From positions 1,178,001 to 1,242,000 of the forward strand of contig MCFH01000002.1 in NCBI GenBank assembly GCA_002104945.1: DNA of 64,000 bases, read 5' to 3'. Positions 42,001 through 56,178 of this stretch are shown here, one piece after another (position 1 is the stretch's first letter; every line of letters begins with the position of its first letter). The notes beneath the pieces are model-generated. The model made no database searches and was not told the origin of the DNA. It saw nothing but the letters and a program-made list of their open reading frames with translations. Both the position numbers and the translations under genes were made by a program. This DNA comes from Piromyces finnis finn (lineage: Eukaryota; Fungi; Neocallimastigomycota).

Positions 42001-44311
42001 AACGAATTTTACCATGATTCAAAATAAGTTTACGATCTGCAAGAATATCAGCTTCATCCATATAATGAGTAGTTAAAAATATAACTCTTCCCATCTTTTT
42101 CTTTGATAAAAGATCCCAAATCTTTCTTCTTGATAATGGATCAAGACCTGTAGTTGGTTCATCTAAGAAAATGTATTTTGGATTACCAATAATAGCAATA
42201 GCAATACATAACTTTCTTTTTTGACCACCACTAAGATTTATAACCTTATCATCTTTTTTGTGTTCTAAATCAACTTCCTTTAAAATTTCATTGATATCAA
42301 CTTTGACATTTTTAATCATTGAGAAAATCTTAATATGATCGCTAACGGTAAGTTCATCAAAAAGAATGTTTGTTTGAGGGCAGACACCTTTTTTATAAAT
42401 TAAAAATGTAATCAAAACGTCAAAAAAAATATTTTAGATTATATTTATAAAATTATAATTTATACAATATTCAAGTCTATTATTTTCTATACGTTTTATA
42501 AAGCAATTATTATATATATATTATATATATATTTTTAAGTTTTAATTTATATTTACCGAAATCTCTACGAATTTGTGTAGTATTTTTTGCAATATCAGTA
42601 CCATCGTAATATATATTACCACCAGAAGTATTAATTAAACCAATCATCATTTGTATTAATGTTGTTTTACCAGCACCATTATGACCTAAAATACAGAAAA
42701 TTTCATCTTTATAAACTTTAAAATTAACGTGATTAACAGCTAAGAATTGTTCTTTTTTGTTTTTAGAATTACTGTTTTCAGATTTTTTCTCAAATTGTTT
42801 TGAGACATTGGAAATTTCAACTAAACATTTTTCATTTTTTCTTAAATCTTCTTCTATATCTTGTTCATAATTATTATCTGATTCATTAATAATATTGTGA
42901 CTTGAAGAACGTTTTAGTCTTAAAGTAGAATAATCATCCAATAAATATTCAAATAATATTGATAAACCGAAATAAAGAATATTATTAAATAACAATATTA
43001 AAATATATAAACCAATATCGCTATTAAAAACAGTCTTAAAAGTAATATATTCTCTTATGTCTTCCTTTTTACTTATTTCTTCCATTATATTTCCCATTGC
43101 AACAGGAGATATAAGAAAACTGAAGATTAATTTTAATTTTCTGTCTAAATAGGAAATAGCGAGATAAGCAACACAAATGAATGTGGAAGTTGTACCAGCA
43201 AATGAAGCTGCAGTCTTTGCTTTCTTAAAGAAAGTAGAAAATATAAATCCAATACCACAGTTAGATAAACCGAATAAGGTAATGATAATGAAAAGAATAA
43301 TAGGATTTATATACTCGAAGGATTTTACAATTACTAAGAAAGCAGTTATTATTAATGCTGTAAAAACAATAATTACAAAGTAAACAATTTCCCATGATAA
43401 CCAAAAAACTGATGAATTAACACCAGACATAAGCATACCTTCCTTTATTTTCTTTTCTTTTTCTTCAACTATAAATGTAACAATTATAATAATATGAGAT
43501 AAGAAAATAAAGTTCATATATAAGGAGTTCAATTTTGGACCCATTCCATTCATACCAACATAATTAATTGGTGGTTTACTTAAATCACCTAAAGTAGATT
43601 TAAATGAAATTGGTTTCTTGGTTTTTATACTAATAATTGTTGAGTCCACAAGAGATTGAAGATAAGAAAATTTATAGTAACCTGTATCCACGATACCAGC
43701 TCTATTTTCACCATAATTACCAATTGGAGCTTTTTCTGGGTCAGTAACTTCTGTTCCATTAATTCTAATAGTGTAAGTGAATAAATTATCTTCAAAAATA
43801 ATACCAGCAAAAAGGTTTTTGTGTTCATCATTGTAATTTTCTAATTCCTTTTCATTATTGAATCGAACATACTGATAATTATTTTCTTTCAATAATGGAT
43901 CCATCATTACATTTGAAATTACTTCATCATTACCATTATTAGGCAATACAAAACCTATTGTATTTTGTTCTGGATTAATTAAAAAAAATTTTGAAATATC
44001 ACCTATTTCTCTAGAATCTTCTGCTTCGTATAATACTGATTTTCCTGTGAATCTTAAAATAACTATTTTATTTTATTTTATTAGAATATATATTTATGGA
44101 TAGTTATAAATAAAAAAAAAAATTTTTTTGTTAATATTTAAATATATTTATTTTTTTCATTATATTTTTTACTTTTAATTAAATACATACAAATGAAGAA
44201 AACAAAATATATTGGAAGAAATAATTCCTGAAATGTTTTTTTCTTATTATTTTTTTTTATTAAAATATTTCTGTAGGTAACAGCCTTTAATTGATTTAAA
44301 AATAATGACAT
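39076..44311 (-). CDS. Full-size ABCA-subfamily ABC transporter (TMD-NBD-TMD-NBD), 4 exons
   Basis: N-terminus MSLFLNQLKAVTYRNILIKK...ELFLP. Walker A motifs GHNGAGKTT and GPNGAGKST, signatures LSGGQKRKL and LSGGTKRKL, LDEPT, TTHYMDEA / TTHSMEEA, and the ABCA-typical TLEELF / SLEQIF motifs. Confidence 0.93.
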
Positions 44312-46725
44312 TTTTGATATTTTTTTAAAAATATGTTATAATACTATAATCTTTTTCTTTTAATTAATAACTTTTTAATTATTTTTTTTTTCTTTGAAGT
44401 ACAATTTATTTATTCTTTTTTTAAATTAAAGTATTATCTGTGGCTATGATAAAATAGTTGAGTATTATATAATTTAACGTTAGTAAATTATAAATAATAC
44501 TATATTTTCTCTCAAAGAAAATTAATTTTTTTTTTAAAATTTATCTCACAAATATTACTTTAATATTTTAAATAATTGATTTTCTTAATTTTTTTTATAT
44601 TTATATTTTTTTTTTAAAATTTTGACTTTTTTTCTTTTTTCCTTTTATTATTAATTTTTTTTTTTTTTTTTTTTCCTTTTTACCAAAAGTATTAATAATA
44701 TAATTTATTAAAAATACTTTCTATTTTTATTTTTTTTGGTTTCAAAAAAAAAAAAAATTGTGGTAAAATTGTATTTTTATACTTTTCTGTATAAATTTAA
44801 AAAGTATAAAAAGGTTTTTAGAATAGAATTAAAATTAATATAATTTAATATATAAAATAAATTATATCATAGCATATTAATATTGTTCTAAAATAAAATT
44901 TAATAACCAAAAGAATTTTAAATTATTGAAATTAATGTAAATGGTTTTTTTTAATTTATATCAGCCATAAATAATTTTTATATTAAATTTTTGTTATGAT
45001 ATAAAACAAATAAATTATATATTAATAAATGATACAAAATAATAGATGTATACATTGCATTAATAATTAAAATAAAGAAAGTTTAAATAAAAATATATAT
45101 TAATGATAAATAGAATATAAAGATAAAACACTATATTATTTTATATATTAAATTTTAAATTAAAATAAAAGTTTATTTTATAAAAAATGATTTCCAGATA
45201 TAAGAAGTTTCGAAAATGAATTAAAAAAACTTTACTATTTATTATTAAAACAATAATAAATAATAATAATAATAAATAATAATAATAATAAAATTAAGTT
45301 TCATCTTTCATGGCAGGTTTAAAATTTTTTTTTTTTAACCTCAATATTACTCATTATTAATCATATACTTAAAAAATATATTAATATTCTTTTTTTTTTT
45401 TCTTTAGATCAATGTGAAAAGGCCTAGATTGCAACAAAGTTAAAATTAATGTAATTAGATCATAATTAAATAGGTTATATAAATTCTATAAGAAATTATA
45501 TTAAAGCTGAAATCTTGAGTTTAGCATTAAAATGATTTAAAGAATAGTTTATAATAGACCTATAATAAAACAATAGCAAAAAAAATTATTACTTTAAAAA
45601 TACCTGCCTATTTAGTATTTAGAGGTTTTGGCAGTAAATTTTTTTTAATAGTAAACAATAGTAAATAAAAATAATAATAAAATAAATCACTTTAAAATAC
45701 TTATTTGGCAGTAAATTCTATTTAATAGTAAAAACTATATTTAATAAAAGGTTTACCCGACTTGGAGAAAATGAAAAATTATTTGTATTTGATATGAAAT
45801 TAATATGTCTAGCTACATATTAGCCAATATTTAAAATAATTTTTATTATTTAAAATATTCAATTTCATCTTTAGAAATTTATATATAACATTTCATAATA
45901 ATAATATAATAATTGATATATATTATAATACATTATTTATATATTAGTTATAGAATTCATGTACATATTTCATTATATTCTTAAATATTAATATTATATA
46001 TTAGTATTAATTTTATTGTAATACTTATTTATATTACATTACCTTTCCTTATATAGTATATTTCATATAAAATGTAAAATATATTATACTATATCCTATT
46101 TAATTATTATTCATATATTATGAATACATTACATTATATAATTGATATTCAATTATATTATAGGAATTTTATAATATAAAAATATTCATGTAAAAAATAA
46201 TTAATAATTAGAAAGGGAAGAGCTTTAATAATTAATAAGAAAATATTATAAGTGAAATTATTAATAAGAGAGAAGTTAATAGTAATAAAATATTTTTCAC
46301 CTAATATAATAAATTATAAATAAACTAATATTAAATTACTACAACATAAAAGAAACTTATATCATATTTCTGATCATGTGTTTTTCATAAGTATTTCATA
46401 TAGTTATGAAAATATTTAATAATATTATTATTATTAAAATTAAATCTATTAAATTAAAATTAAAATTAATATTAAAACCCATTTACTTTCAATTTATTTA
46501 TTTAATAAAGTTTTCTTTTCATTTAAAATAAAAAGTAAAAAAAAAAAAAAGGTTGAATAAAGAAGAAAAAATGTTACAACAATTTGACTATGTTTTTCAA
46601 TAAAGAAAGAGTTGGTAGCTATATAAATTTGATAAATTTGATTCTCTATAATAAAAGATTAATAAAAATGAAGGAACAATCTGTTGAAAGAGTTTAAAAA
46701 AATATATTTATATAAATGCTAACCC

Positions 46726-46850
46726 TTTTCTTAAAACACTTTTACAACTTTCTCTTTGTTAAAAGATATATATAAACACAAAACATAACTAACTTTTTCT
46801 TAAAACACCTAAAACAATTTTCTCTTTGTTAAAAGATATATATAAACATA
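46726..46850. repeat. Imperfect tandem duplication, period about 69 bp
   Basis: TTTTCTTAAAACAC....ACAA.TTTCTCTTTGTTAAAAGATATATATAAACA occurs at 46726 and 46795. Confidence 0.8.
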
Positions 46851-47462
46851 TCTAACTTTTTTTTAATATTTTATTATTTCATATTTTATAAAATAATAAA
46901 CTAATAATAATTATTTGTTAACATTTCATTGATTTATTCAGTAAAAAAAGTATGCGAAAAGTTTTAAAGAAAAAAAAAATTATTAAAATATTTAAATGGC
47001 ACACAACAAATAATTATACTATAAAATATTTCCAGTCTTTTATTATTTCTTTAATGAAATCACTTTCTTTGAACAATTCATTCAAAATATATTATTTAAT
47101 ATATAATTTTTTTTTATTATTTATTTAATATTTATTTTTAATGTACCTTTAATTCTTATAAATCATTTTATTTTTTATTAAATATTATTTATGCATTAAA
47201 ATATTAACATTAATTTAAAAAGGTAGAATTAAAGATTTAATTTTATAATAAATATTTCTATTAAATTGGTATCTTTATTTATCTTTTAAATAATTTTTAA
47301 AATTTTAATGAATTATTTTATGTTGATAAATAAATTCTATACTTACTTTATTATTAAAAATTGTCATTAATAAAAGTATTTAAATTGGTTTATTAATGAA
47401 AATGTGAATATTTTATTAACATTAAAATGAAAACATGGTGTAATAATAACTAATAGTTGCAA

Positions 47463-48174
47463 TTATGGAGCTTTAGTTACAGGTATAGTCTCTGTTCTAT
47501 AGTGAACTTTTGTAACTGAATCAATTTTACTATCATTATTAGTAATTGATGCTGTTTCTGTTTCCTTACTATGTAAAACTTTCGTTATTGATACTTCATT
47601 TAATGGATCTCTTGTTAGAGGGGATTTTTTGGTTCTATATATTCTACTTAATTGAGGACTTGGGGAAATAAAATCAAATCCAAAAGTTGAATAGTAAGTT
47701 GTAGTTTCATCACCAGCTGTATGTGTTGGAATTTCAGGTTCTAGAGTAGCTGGTGGTGTTGTTTTTGTAATAGTAATTCTTTTTGGTCCAGAAGGTTTAA
47801 AAATGGTTTTTGGAATTCTAATAACAAAATTTTTACGATATTTTTTTGGTGTTACAGTTTTAACTTGTTTTTTCGAAATTGGTTTTGTAAAAAAAGTATT
47901 GGTATTAGGTCTTCTTGATGCTATCGTTGCTTTTAACTGTGCATTTTTCTCAATTTCTATTGAATTGTTTGTCTTTTATTATTTATTTATTTTTTTTAAA
48001 GAAAAAAAAATTTTTATTATAAAAATTAAATAATGAATAAACAGATAACTAATTTTCTTTTAATTATATAATTTAAAAAATAATAATATTTACCTCTGAA
48101 GAAACCTGAACAAATAATAAAGTAAATAGAACAGCAAATAATAAAATGTATTTTAAGGAATAAAAGTTTTTCAT
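47463..48174 (-). CDS. Small secreted Thr/Lys/Pro-rich protein (~196 aa), missed by the ORF track; exons 48174-48094, 47972-47463
   Basis: Exon 1 gives MKNFYSLKYILLFAVLFTLLFVQVSSE (signal peptide) with a GTAAAT donor. Exon 2 is an open 170-codon frame TNNSIEIEKNAQ...TIPVTKAP*, visibly more GC-rich than its flanks. Confidence 0.8.
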
Positions 48175-48691
48175 TTTTTTTTTTTTTTAATATTTAAAAA
48201 TTTATATTTCAAAAGTAGATAATTATAATTTTATTATTATTATTATTATTGAATTCTCTATTTTAATATTATTGTATTTTTTTTTTTTTTTATTTCTTTT
48301 GTTTGTATTTTTTATTCTTTTTCTATTATTATAATTAAATTATTATAAGTGAAAATTTAAATCTTGACTTGATAATTAAAATATTATAATTATTATGATT
48401 ATTTTATAAATGTTTATTTTTTTTATTTCTTTTTTTATTATTATTATTATTTTTATTAAAAATCGTTTATTTCAAATATCCATTGAAAATAATTTTTAAT
48501 GAAAATCCACTTTTTTATTATTTCTTTCTTTCTTTTTTTTTTTTTAGCTAATTATTAAATAAATAAAAAGAAAAAAAAAATTTTTTTAATAAATCTATAA
48601 AAAATTTTATATTATAAATCTATAAAAAAATGTAAAAATCCCATAATTTTATGTTTTTAATTTTTAATTTATAAAGCATTTATATTTTAGA

Positions 48692-48731
48692 TATCCTACC
48701 TTTATTAAAAAATATTAATAAAGGTAGGATA
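48692..48731. repeat. Perfect 17-bp inverted repeat with 6-nt spacer
   Basis: TATCCTACCTTTATTAA-aaaata-TTAATAAAGGTAGGATA. Confidence 0.9.
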
Positions 48732-49149
48732 AATTATTAAAAAAAATGTAAAGTTTTTTGAAAAATAAAATTAAAGAAAATTTAAAACATTCTTAAAAAA
48801 AAAAAAGAAAGACATTAAATAAAATAAAAATAATACAACGTTGAATAAATTATTATAACAAAACTATTATTATAAAAGAAATAATCATACCAATAACAAT
48901 AATAATTTATTTCTCAAAATTATTTATTAATAAACCAACAATTTAAAAAAGAAAAAGTAATTTACTCTATACTATTTGAAGACAAAAATATTTCATTTAT
49001 ATGCATATATTTCTTATACAATATATATTCATTTATTATTAAAGTAAAAATAAAGGAAAAAATACAATTGTAATTATATCAATAAAATAAAAAAAAACAA
49101 ATATCCAAAATATATTTCAATAAATATTATTAATAACGACAAAAATAAA

Positions 49150-51747
49150 ATGGCAGGGATTTTATCAAATTATTTTAGAAGATTTGTAATTCCTAATTCA
49201 ATTGAAAGCGAATTGAAAATTATTTTAAGAATAATAAGAATTATACTTATTATTTTTACCTTTATTCTTTTTTCTTGGGGAATTAATGGTTAGTAGTTGT
49301 ATAAAAAAAAAATTGTAATTAGGCCCTAACAAATACATAATATTATAATCTTTACTAACAATATATCTTATCATATTATTAATAAATAATTTGTAATTGA
49401 AACATTATATATAGTTGTAGTATACGATATAATTATTATGTATAAAACATTATTTTCTTCAGCTCCTGTAAACTATGATTCAAATAATATCGATACCAAT
49501 CCTGTAGTTGAAAAACCTTTAATAAACTCAAAAAAAGTGAGTTTATCAATTAAGAACTTAAGCTCTTTTGATATTTTAAAGTTTATTATTGTTTCAACCA
49601 TTACATTTATTTTACCAAGACTTCTTTGGGAATTTTATTATAAAAATTTTGATCCTCAAAATCCTCCTTTTAAAAAATTATTAACATTTTTATCTGGTAA
49701 GTCTGAACAAGTTCAGCACGAAAATCAAACTCAACCAAAACTATACTCTTCTGATGAAATTAAAAATGGTGAAGCTAAACCAGTTTTTCATATAAAAAAG
49801 AATTCAGAAATTATTATGGATAAAGAAAGATTAAGAAAACCTTCAAAAATCGATTCTTCAAAAGTCGATTCTCCCCATTCTGGTTTTGGTGGAAATCAAA
49901 TCAATTCAAATGATGAAATTATGATACTGTCAAAAGTAGATGATGAATCTATAAATGAAGGAACTATTACTACCAAAGGGAAGGAAATAGACGTTTCAAG
50001 GAATATTGAGGAAAATAATAGTATCAACATTAAAACCTTAATGTCGACAATTACAAATAATTTAATACCATTACAGGAAACAAATACACCAAATAGTATT
50101 GATTATGTATTAAGTAAATATAGAGATATTATCAATGATTGTGAAGAAATGATAAATAACTTTATATATAGTGATGCTCTTTCAAAGTCAGAACTATATT
50201 CTTTTCTTCAGCCTTTGAAAAATTCAATAAATAAAACTGAAAACTTTTTTTTAACAAAAAGAAATATAACAGCTATTGTAGTTGGTAGAAAAACTCAAGG
50301 TAAAAGTAAACTTATTAATGCTGTTTTTCGAGAAGATTGTGAACTTATTGATGAAAAAATAGGAGATAATATAACGGTAAGTAAATCCTTATTCATAATT
50401 ATAATACAAATTATTATAAAATAATCTTTTTTTTTTCTCATTAATTTATATCTATTTAATTAATATTTAATTTTATCTATTATCACTTTTAAAACGTAGA
50501 AACAAATATTCAAAATTGCTAACGGGAAAACACTTGAAATTTATGAATTATCTCCTCTTGATAATAATAAAGTTTCAGTTATGGGAAATAATTATATATT
50601 AGAAGCTGCAAATCAAATTATATCATATGCTATTATTCCTGATTTAATTATATATGTATGTAAGGCTAATAGTGTATCAAATATAATATATGATGATATT
50701 AATACTTTACATGATTTAAAAGAATGTATTCAATCATGTTCCTTATTAATGATTAATGTTCCTATTATACCTGTCATTACCCATGTTGATGAGGTATATC
50801 CAGCAGATATTATTAGTCCTGAAGATTATGATGAAGAAAAAATTGAAAATATTCAAGAAATATCAAAAATTGTAATGAAAAATATGAAAGAAGAAATAGA
50901 GTTAAAAACTCTTGACATATTTCCAGTATCTTCAAAATACTATTATAAACCAAATACCAATCAAGTTAATCCAAGACGTGATTATAGATATAATAATGAC
51001 CTTCTATTAAAATACATTGAAGAACAGATTCAATATTTACAACCATCTTCCCTTACCAATCATTATCATTTCGCAAATAAACTTGTCATGACTCTTTCTG
51101 TTATTAATAAAAAGTTATCCAATGCAACGTTTAATAAATCATCCACAGCATCTTTATCAGGTAGTAATGAAAATAATAGTTCTCTTATTGAGTCAAAAAG
51201 TAATGCCACAAATAAAGCTGTAGCAAAGGTTTCAAAATATTATAAGAAATTTAACTTGGATAAATATGTTATAATATTCTATATGGTTATTATTATAGCA
51301 TTAGAATGTTCTCAATTTAAGCAATACACCAAAAATAATCAAAATAATCAAAGTTCAGGTATCTCAAAGAATTCTCTTTATAAAATTCTTTTAAGTAATA
51401 TTAATGCTAGTATTAATGCTTCTAGTATTAATAAAATGACTAATTTAAATAATAATGAGAAAGAATTTATTGATTCTTTTCTTGAATTTTGGAAAATTAT
51501 TGGATTTAAGGAAATAGGGAAAATGTCACTTTTCCAATTTTCAGAAGCAATGTTAAATAAAAAATTCCCAATGTTAGGTGATCTATGTAATAATAGTATA
51601 AATTTAGTTTTAAAAATTGTCACTGGTGAAAGTTTTGATTATGATGATATTACTTTAAAGATTGGTTTTTCAGCTATTCAATGGTTTGTTTTAGGAAAAC
51701 AGCAAAAAAAAGAATTAATTAAACTTATGATGACTAAAGCTAGTTAA
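49150..51747 (+). CDS. Membrane-anchored atypical P-loop GTPase-like protein (TRAFAC-like); exons 49150-49288, 49415-50376, 50500-51747
   Basis: N-terminal hydrophobic segments. G1 VVGRKTQGKSKLINAVF, G3 position LEIYELSP, DLIIYVCKA strand, G4 VITHVD, G5 IFPVSSK. Splice phases are consistent. Confidence 0.65.
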
Positions 51748-53091
51748 TATTAAAAAAAATATTTTTAAAAGTTTTTTTTTTTTTTTAATATATATATATT
51801 TAATAATAAAAGAAAACAAAGTATTTTCTTTTTTTCAATTTCTAATGTCACATGTATAAAATAATAATTTAAAAGCACTTAATATTTTTTATTATAAATA
51901 ATATATAATATATTAATTATCAAATAACGAAAAAACAAAAAAATAAAGAATTATAAACTATTCATGAATCATTATCATCATCAATATTTTTAATAATATA
52001 TTTAATTTATATTTATTTTTCTATTATTTATTTAATTATATATTTATTTATTCATTCAATTATTTATTTATATTTATTTATATTATAAACATTTTTATTT
52101 AATTATTTATTTATAGATATTTAATTTATTGGCAAGCATCTTTTTTCACTTTATATAATAAAACAAATATATATTTTTTGTCATATGCTTGATTTAATAT
52201 CTTTTTTCCCGAATAATACTTTTTTTAAGTAGAACAATTTATAAATAGAAAATATAAATACTAATAATGAATTAATTATTTAGAAAAAAAAAAATCTTTT
52301 TAATTAACTTACCTATTAATTATAATATTTAATAGGACAATAAAAATAAAAATTATTCATGCTTTTTTTTTTATATATATATATATATATATGAATTAAA
52401 ATAAAGTTTTACAAAATGTTGGTCCAAAGTATTCTTTAAAAATCAACCTTTTTAAAGTTTAATTTCTTTTCTCTTTAATATTTACATATATAAATTAAAT
52501 TCATAATAATAATAATAATGAAGAAATGACTAAAAGTTTATATTTAATTACTTATAATATATAATTTTTTTAAAAAAAAAAAGAATAAGAAAAATCAGAA
52601 GATTTATTTTAACTTTAATTATGTGTATATTGTACCATGTTTTTTTTTTTTTTTTTTTTTTTTTTTAGCATAAAATAAAGTTTGGAGAAATTCATTAAAT
52701 TTAATAAAATTAACATTTATAATTAAACGAAAATACTTTTATATGCGTACATAAATTAATTAAAATGAATTTATAAATAATTACTAAGAGTGTTAATTCA
52801 TCGAAATCGAAAGTAATATAAAATAATGCTTTAATTGATAATATATTACATTAAATATTAATTAATATCTTTAAAAAAGATATATATAATATGTCATTAA
52901 AAATAGATTTAAGTTATATCTTTTTTATATATATATAATATTAATTAATATCTTTAAAATTAAAATTAAAAAAAATATATATATATATCCTATCTGTCAT
53001 TAAAATAAATAAGAAAAAGAAAAAAATAATTTTTAGATAAAATAAAGTGGAAAAAATATAAATATATACCATATATAAATATTATAAATAA

Positions 53092-55558
53092 ATGTCAAGT
53101 AAAGTACTTACTGTAAATGATGGCAATGATAAAATTAATGAATATAATATACAAATAAAAAGTAGAAAAAATAGTTTTCAAAGTTATGATAGTCTTGTAA
53201 ATAATAAATTAATAATAACTTCATTCCCTCAAATAATTACAAAAACAAATAAAATACAATCTGAAGAATCCATTACTTTAAAAATTACAACAGAAAATGT
53301 ACCTAAAGATAATGTAATATTTTCACAAACAACTTCTTCTAAGATTAATGATGATTATACTCCATCATCATCTCTTTTCTCACCAGCTATTTCAAAGTTA
53401 ATAAATGACATTAATGATACCCTTTATGAAAAAATTGCTGCTATAAAAAATAGAAACGATGAAATAAATAAAGATATATTAGATAAAGTTATAAATTTTA
53501 GAAATAATCAACATGAATTAATTTTAAACTTGCTTACAAAATTTGAAAATAACGATATAAAAAGTAGTGGCATTAACAATAATAATGATAATAATGCTGA
53601 TAATAATAATAAGGAAAACAATAATAACAATAACAATATTGATAACAATGATGATGATGATGATATTAATAAAAATGATAATATTTTATTTGAAATACTT
53701 TCAAAGATAAAAAACGACAATATCGAATTTTTAAATAACATAGATTCAACATTACTCTATAATATTAATATGAAATATGCAAGTAATAATGATTTAACTA
53801 GCAATAAAAATTTAAATACAAATTCAAATGAAGAAAATAAAATTTTATTTACCCAAAAATGTGAGACTCTCCTAGATGATGAGTCAAAGAATAATGAACA
53901 AAATAATAATACTATGGTAGAATCCGAAAATATCAATTTTTCTTTAGAAAATTTAAATGTTAGTACTGATAACTCAAATAATTCATCGGTTACGCTAATA
54001 AAGAGATTTATTAAATTGACAGGTATAAGCAAATTACCTTATATTAACTCGATGACAAAATCATCGTCATCAAATAATTCGACTTCTGTAAAATTAAACG
54101 ATAAAAAAAGTAAAAAATCAAAAAATACGAAAAAAGGACAGCATGAAAATGCCTCAGTAAATTCAAATATAAATATATCAATAGAACACTCTATTTCTAT
54201 TATATCTCTTAATGATAATGATAATAAATCTAATAGTCAAACTTTAAATATCGATAAAAGGATATCAAAAGAAACCCATTCAACAGATGAATTACAAAGT
54301 AATTTTAAAGATATTCAAGCGATATCTCATAAAAAAAGTCATTCTGAATCTTTTAAATATAATAAAATGGATATGAAATTTAATACACCATTACCTATAA
54401 ATAATATTGAAAGTAGAGATAGTAAAGACCATTTATCTGTATCAGGAAATAATGCTAATGAAAAAAGAAAAGGAAAGACTAAAGATAATGAATTAGATAA
54501 AAAGATGAAAGAAAAAGAAAAGGAGAAAAAAAAGGAAGAAAAAGAAAAGAAAAAAGAAGAAGAAAAAGAAAAAAAGTTTAGAGAAAAGGAAAAAAAGATT
54601 AAGGAAAAGGAAAAGGAAAAAGAATTGAAAATTAAAAATAAATTAAGCAAAGAAAATGAGTTAGATATTAAATTTAAAGATAAGAAAAAGAGAAAGAATA
54701 ATGTAAATCTTCAAAAAACAAATTCAATACTTGAAATTCAAAGAAGAATGAAAAATGTTTTTGATAATTATCAAGTTAAACTATTAGGAAGAGAACTAGG
54801 AGCTCATCCAATTTTAACACATAAGATTGCAGATAAGGTAATATAATTTTTATTTTTCTTTTTTACTACTCATTTCTATAACTAATATTATTAAATTATA
54901 ATAGTATTAAATTAAAAATTTTTTTTTTCTTTCTTCTCTCTCTCTTTTTTTTTTTTTTTCATTGATGTTGTATTATATAAATTTTAGATTTTACAAAATA
55001 TTACACCCATTGCATATAAGGAATATCGTAATTGGAGACTTTTATATAGTTTAGAATATCATGGATCACATCCACAAACTCTGTATGACGCTGTCTTTGA
55101 AAAAATACCTTTAGTTACAGCTATTATGGATGAAGATGGTTATATCTTTGGTGCTTATTCTACAGAATACTTTCATATTGATAGCCATTATTATGGTAAT
55201 GGTCAAACTTTTTTATGGAAATATAAAGTTGATGAAAATGAGAATGAAGATCTTCAAATATTCAGAGCAACAGGAAGTAATCATTATTATATAATATCAG
55301 AGAAAAATTATTTAGCTTTTGGAGGAGGGTAAGCATTAATTTATAATAATTAATATTTTTTTTTTTTTTGTTAATATCAAATATTTTAACCCATATTTTA
55401 TTTTTAAAAATATATACAGAAAAGGATTTGGATTGCATATAATGGATGACTTCACATATGGCTTTACAGACAATTGTGAAACATACAATAATGATATACT
55501 AGCATGTAAAAAAGATTTTAAGTGTATTAATATTGAAGTATGGTGTCTAGAATTATAA
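53092..55558 (+). CDS. TLDc-domain (Oxr1/NCOA7-like) protein with a long Asn-rich and Lys/Glu-rich N-terminal region; exons 53092-54837, 54988-55328, 55420-55558
   Basis: The spliced C-terminus reads WRLLYSLEYHGS...IFGAY...YYGNGQTFLW...YLAFGGGKGFGLHI...CETYNN..L...F...IEVW, the TLDc consensus. Confidence 0.88.
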
Positions 55559-55827
55559 ATGAAATAATATTGAAGAAAGATAGTCACTTTTTTAAAATAT
55601 TTTAAAAAAAATTATAAATATATAAATTGTATATTGTCAATACTACGATATTAAATATATATACAAAATCAACTTTTTAAGAAAATAACAATAAAAAGAA
55701 GTAATTATTAATAATAGATATATAAGTTTTCATTATATGAATACTTTAGACTTTAGTATACGAAATAAAAATAGATTTTATAATAATTATTGATATAATT
55801 TATTTATTTATTATTTATTTATTTATT

Positions 55828-55872
<45 letters not shown>

Positions 55873-56034
55873 AATATTAATATTGATATTATTATTTATT
55901 ATAAATATTATTGCTGTTATTGATAATTATTCTATGTTATAAATATTATATTATAATTATATTACTGATAATTATGATTATAAATATTATATTATAATTG
56001 TATTATTAATAATTATATATGATTTTTTATTTTA

Positions 56035-56065
<31 letters not shown>

Positions 56066-56178
56066 TTATTTTTTTTCGTTTTTGTTTTTGTTTTATTTTG
56101 TTTTGTTTTCTAATTAAAAATTTAATTATTAAACTTCTATATTGCTATTATTATTACTATTATTAATATTATTTTCTA

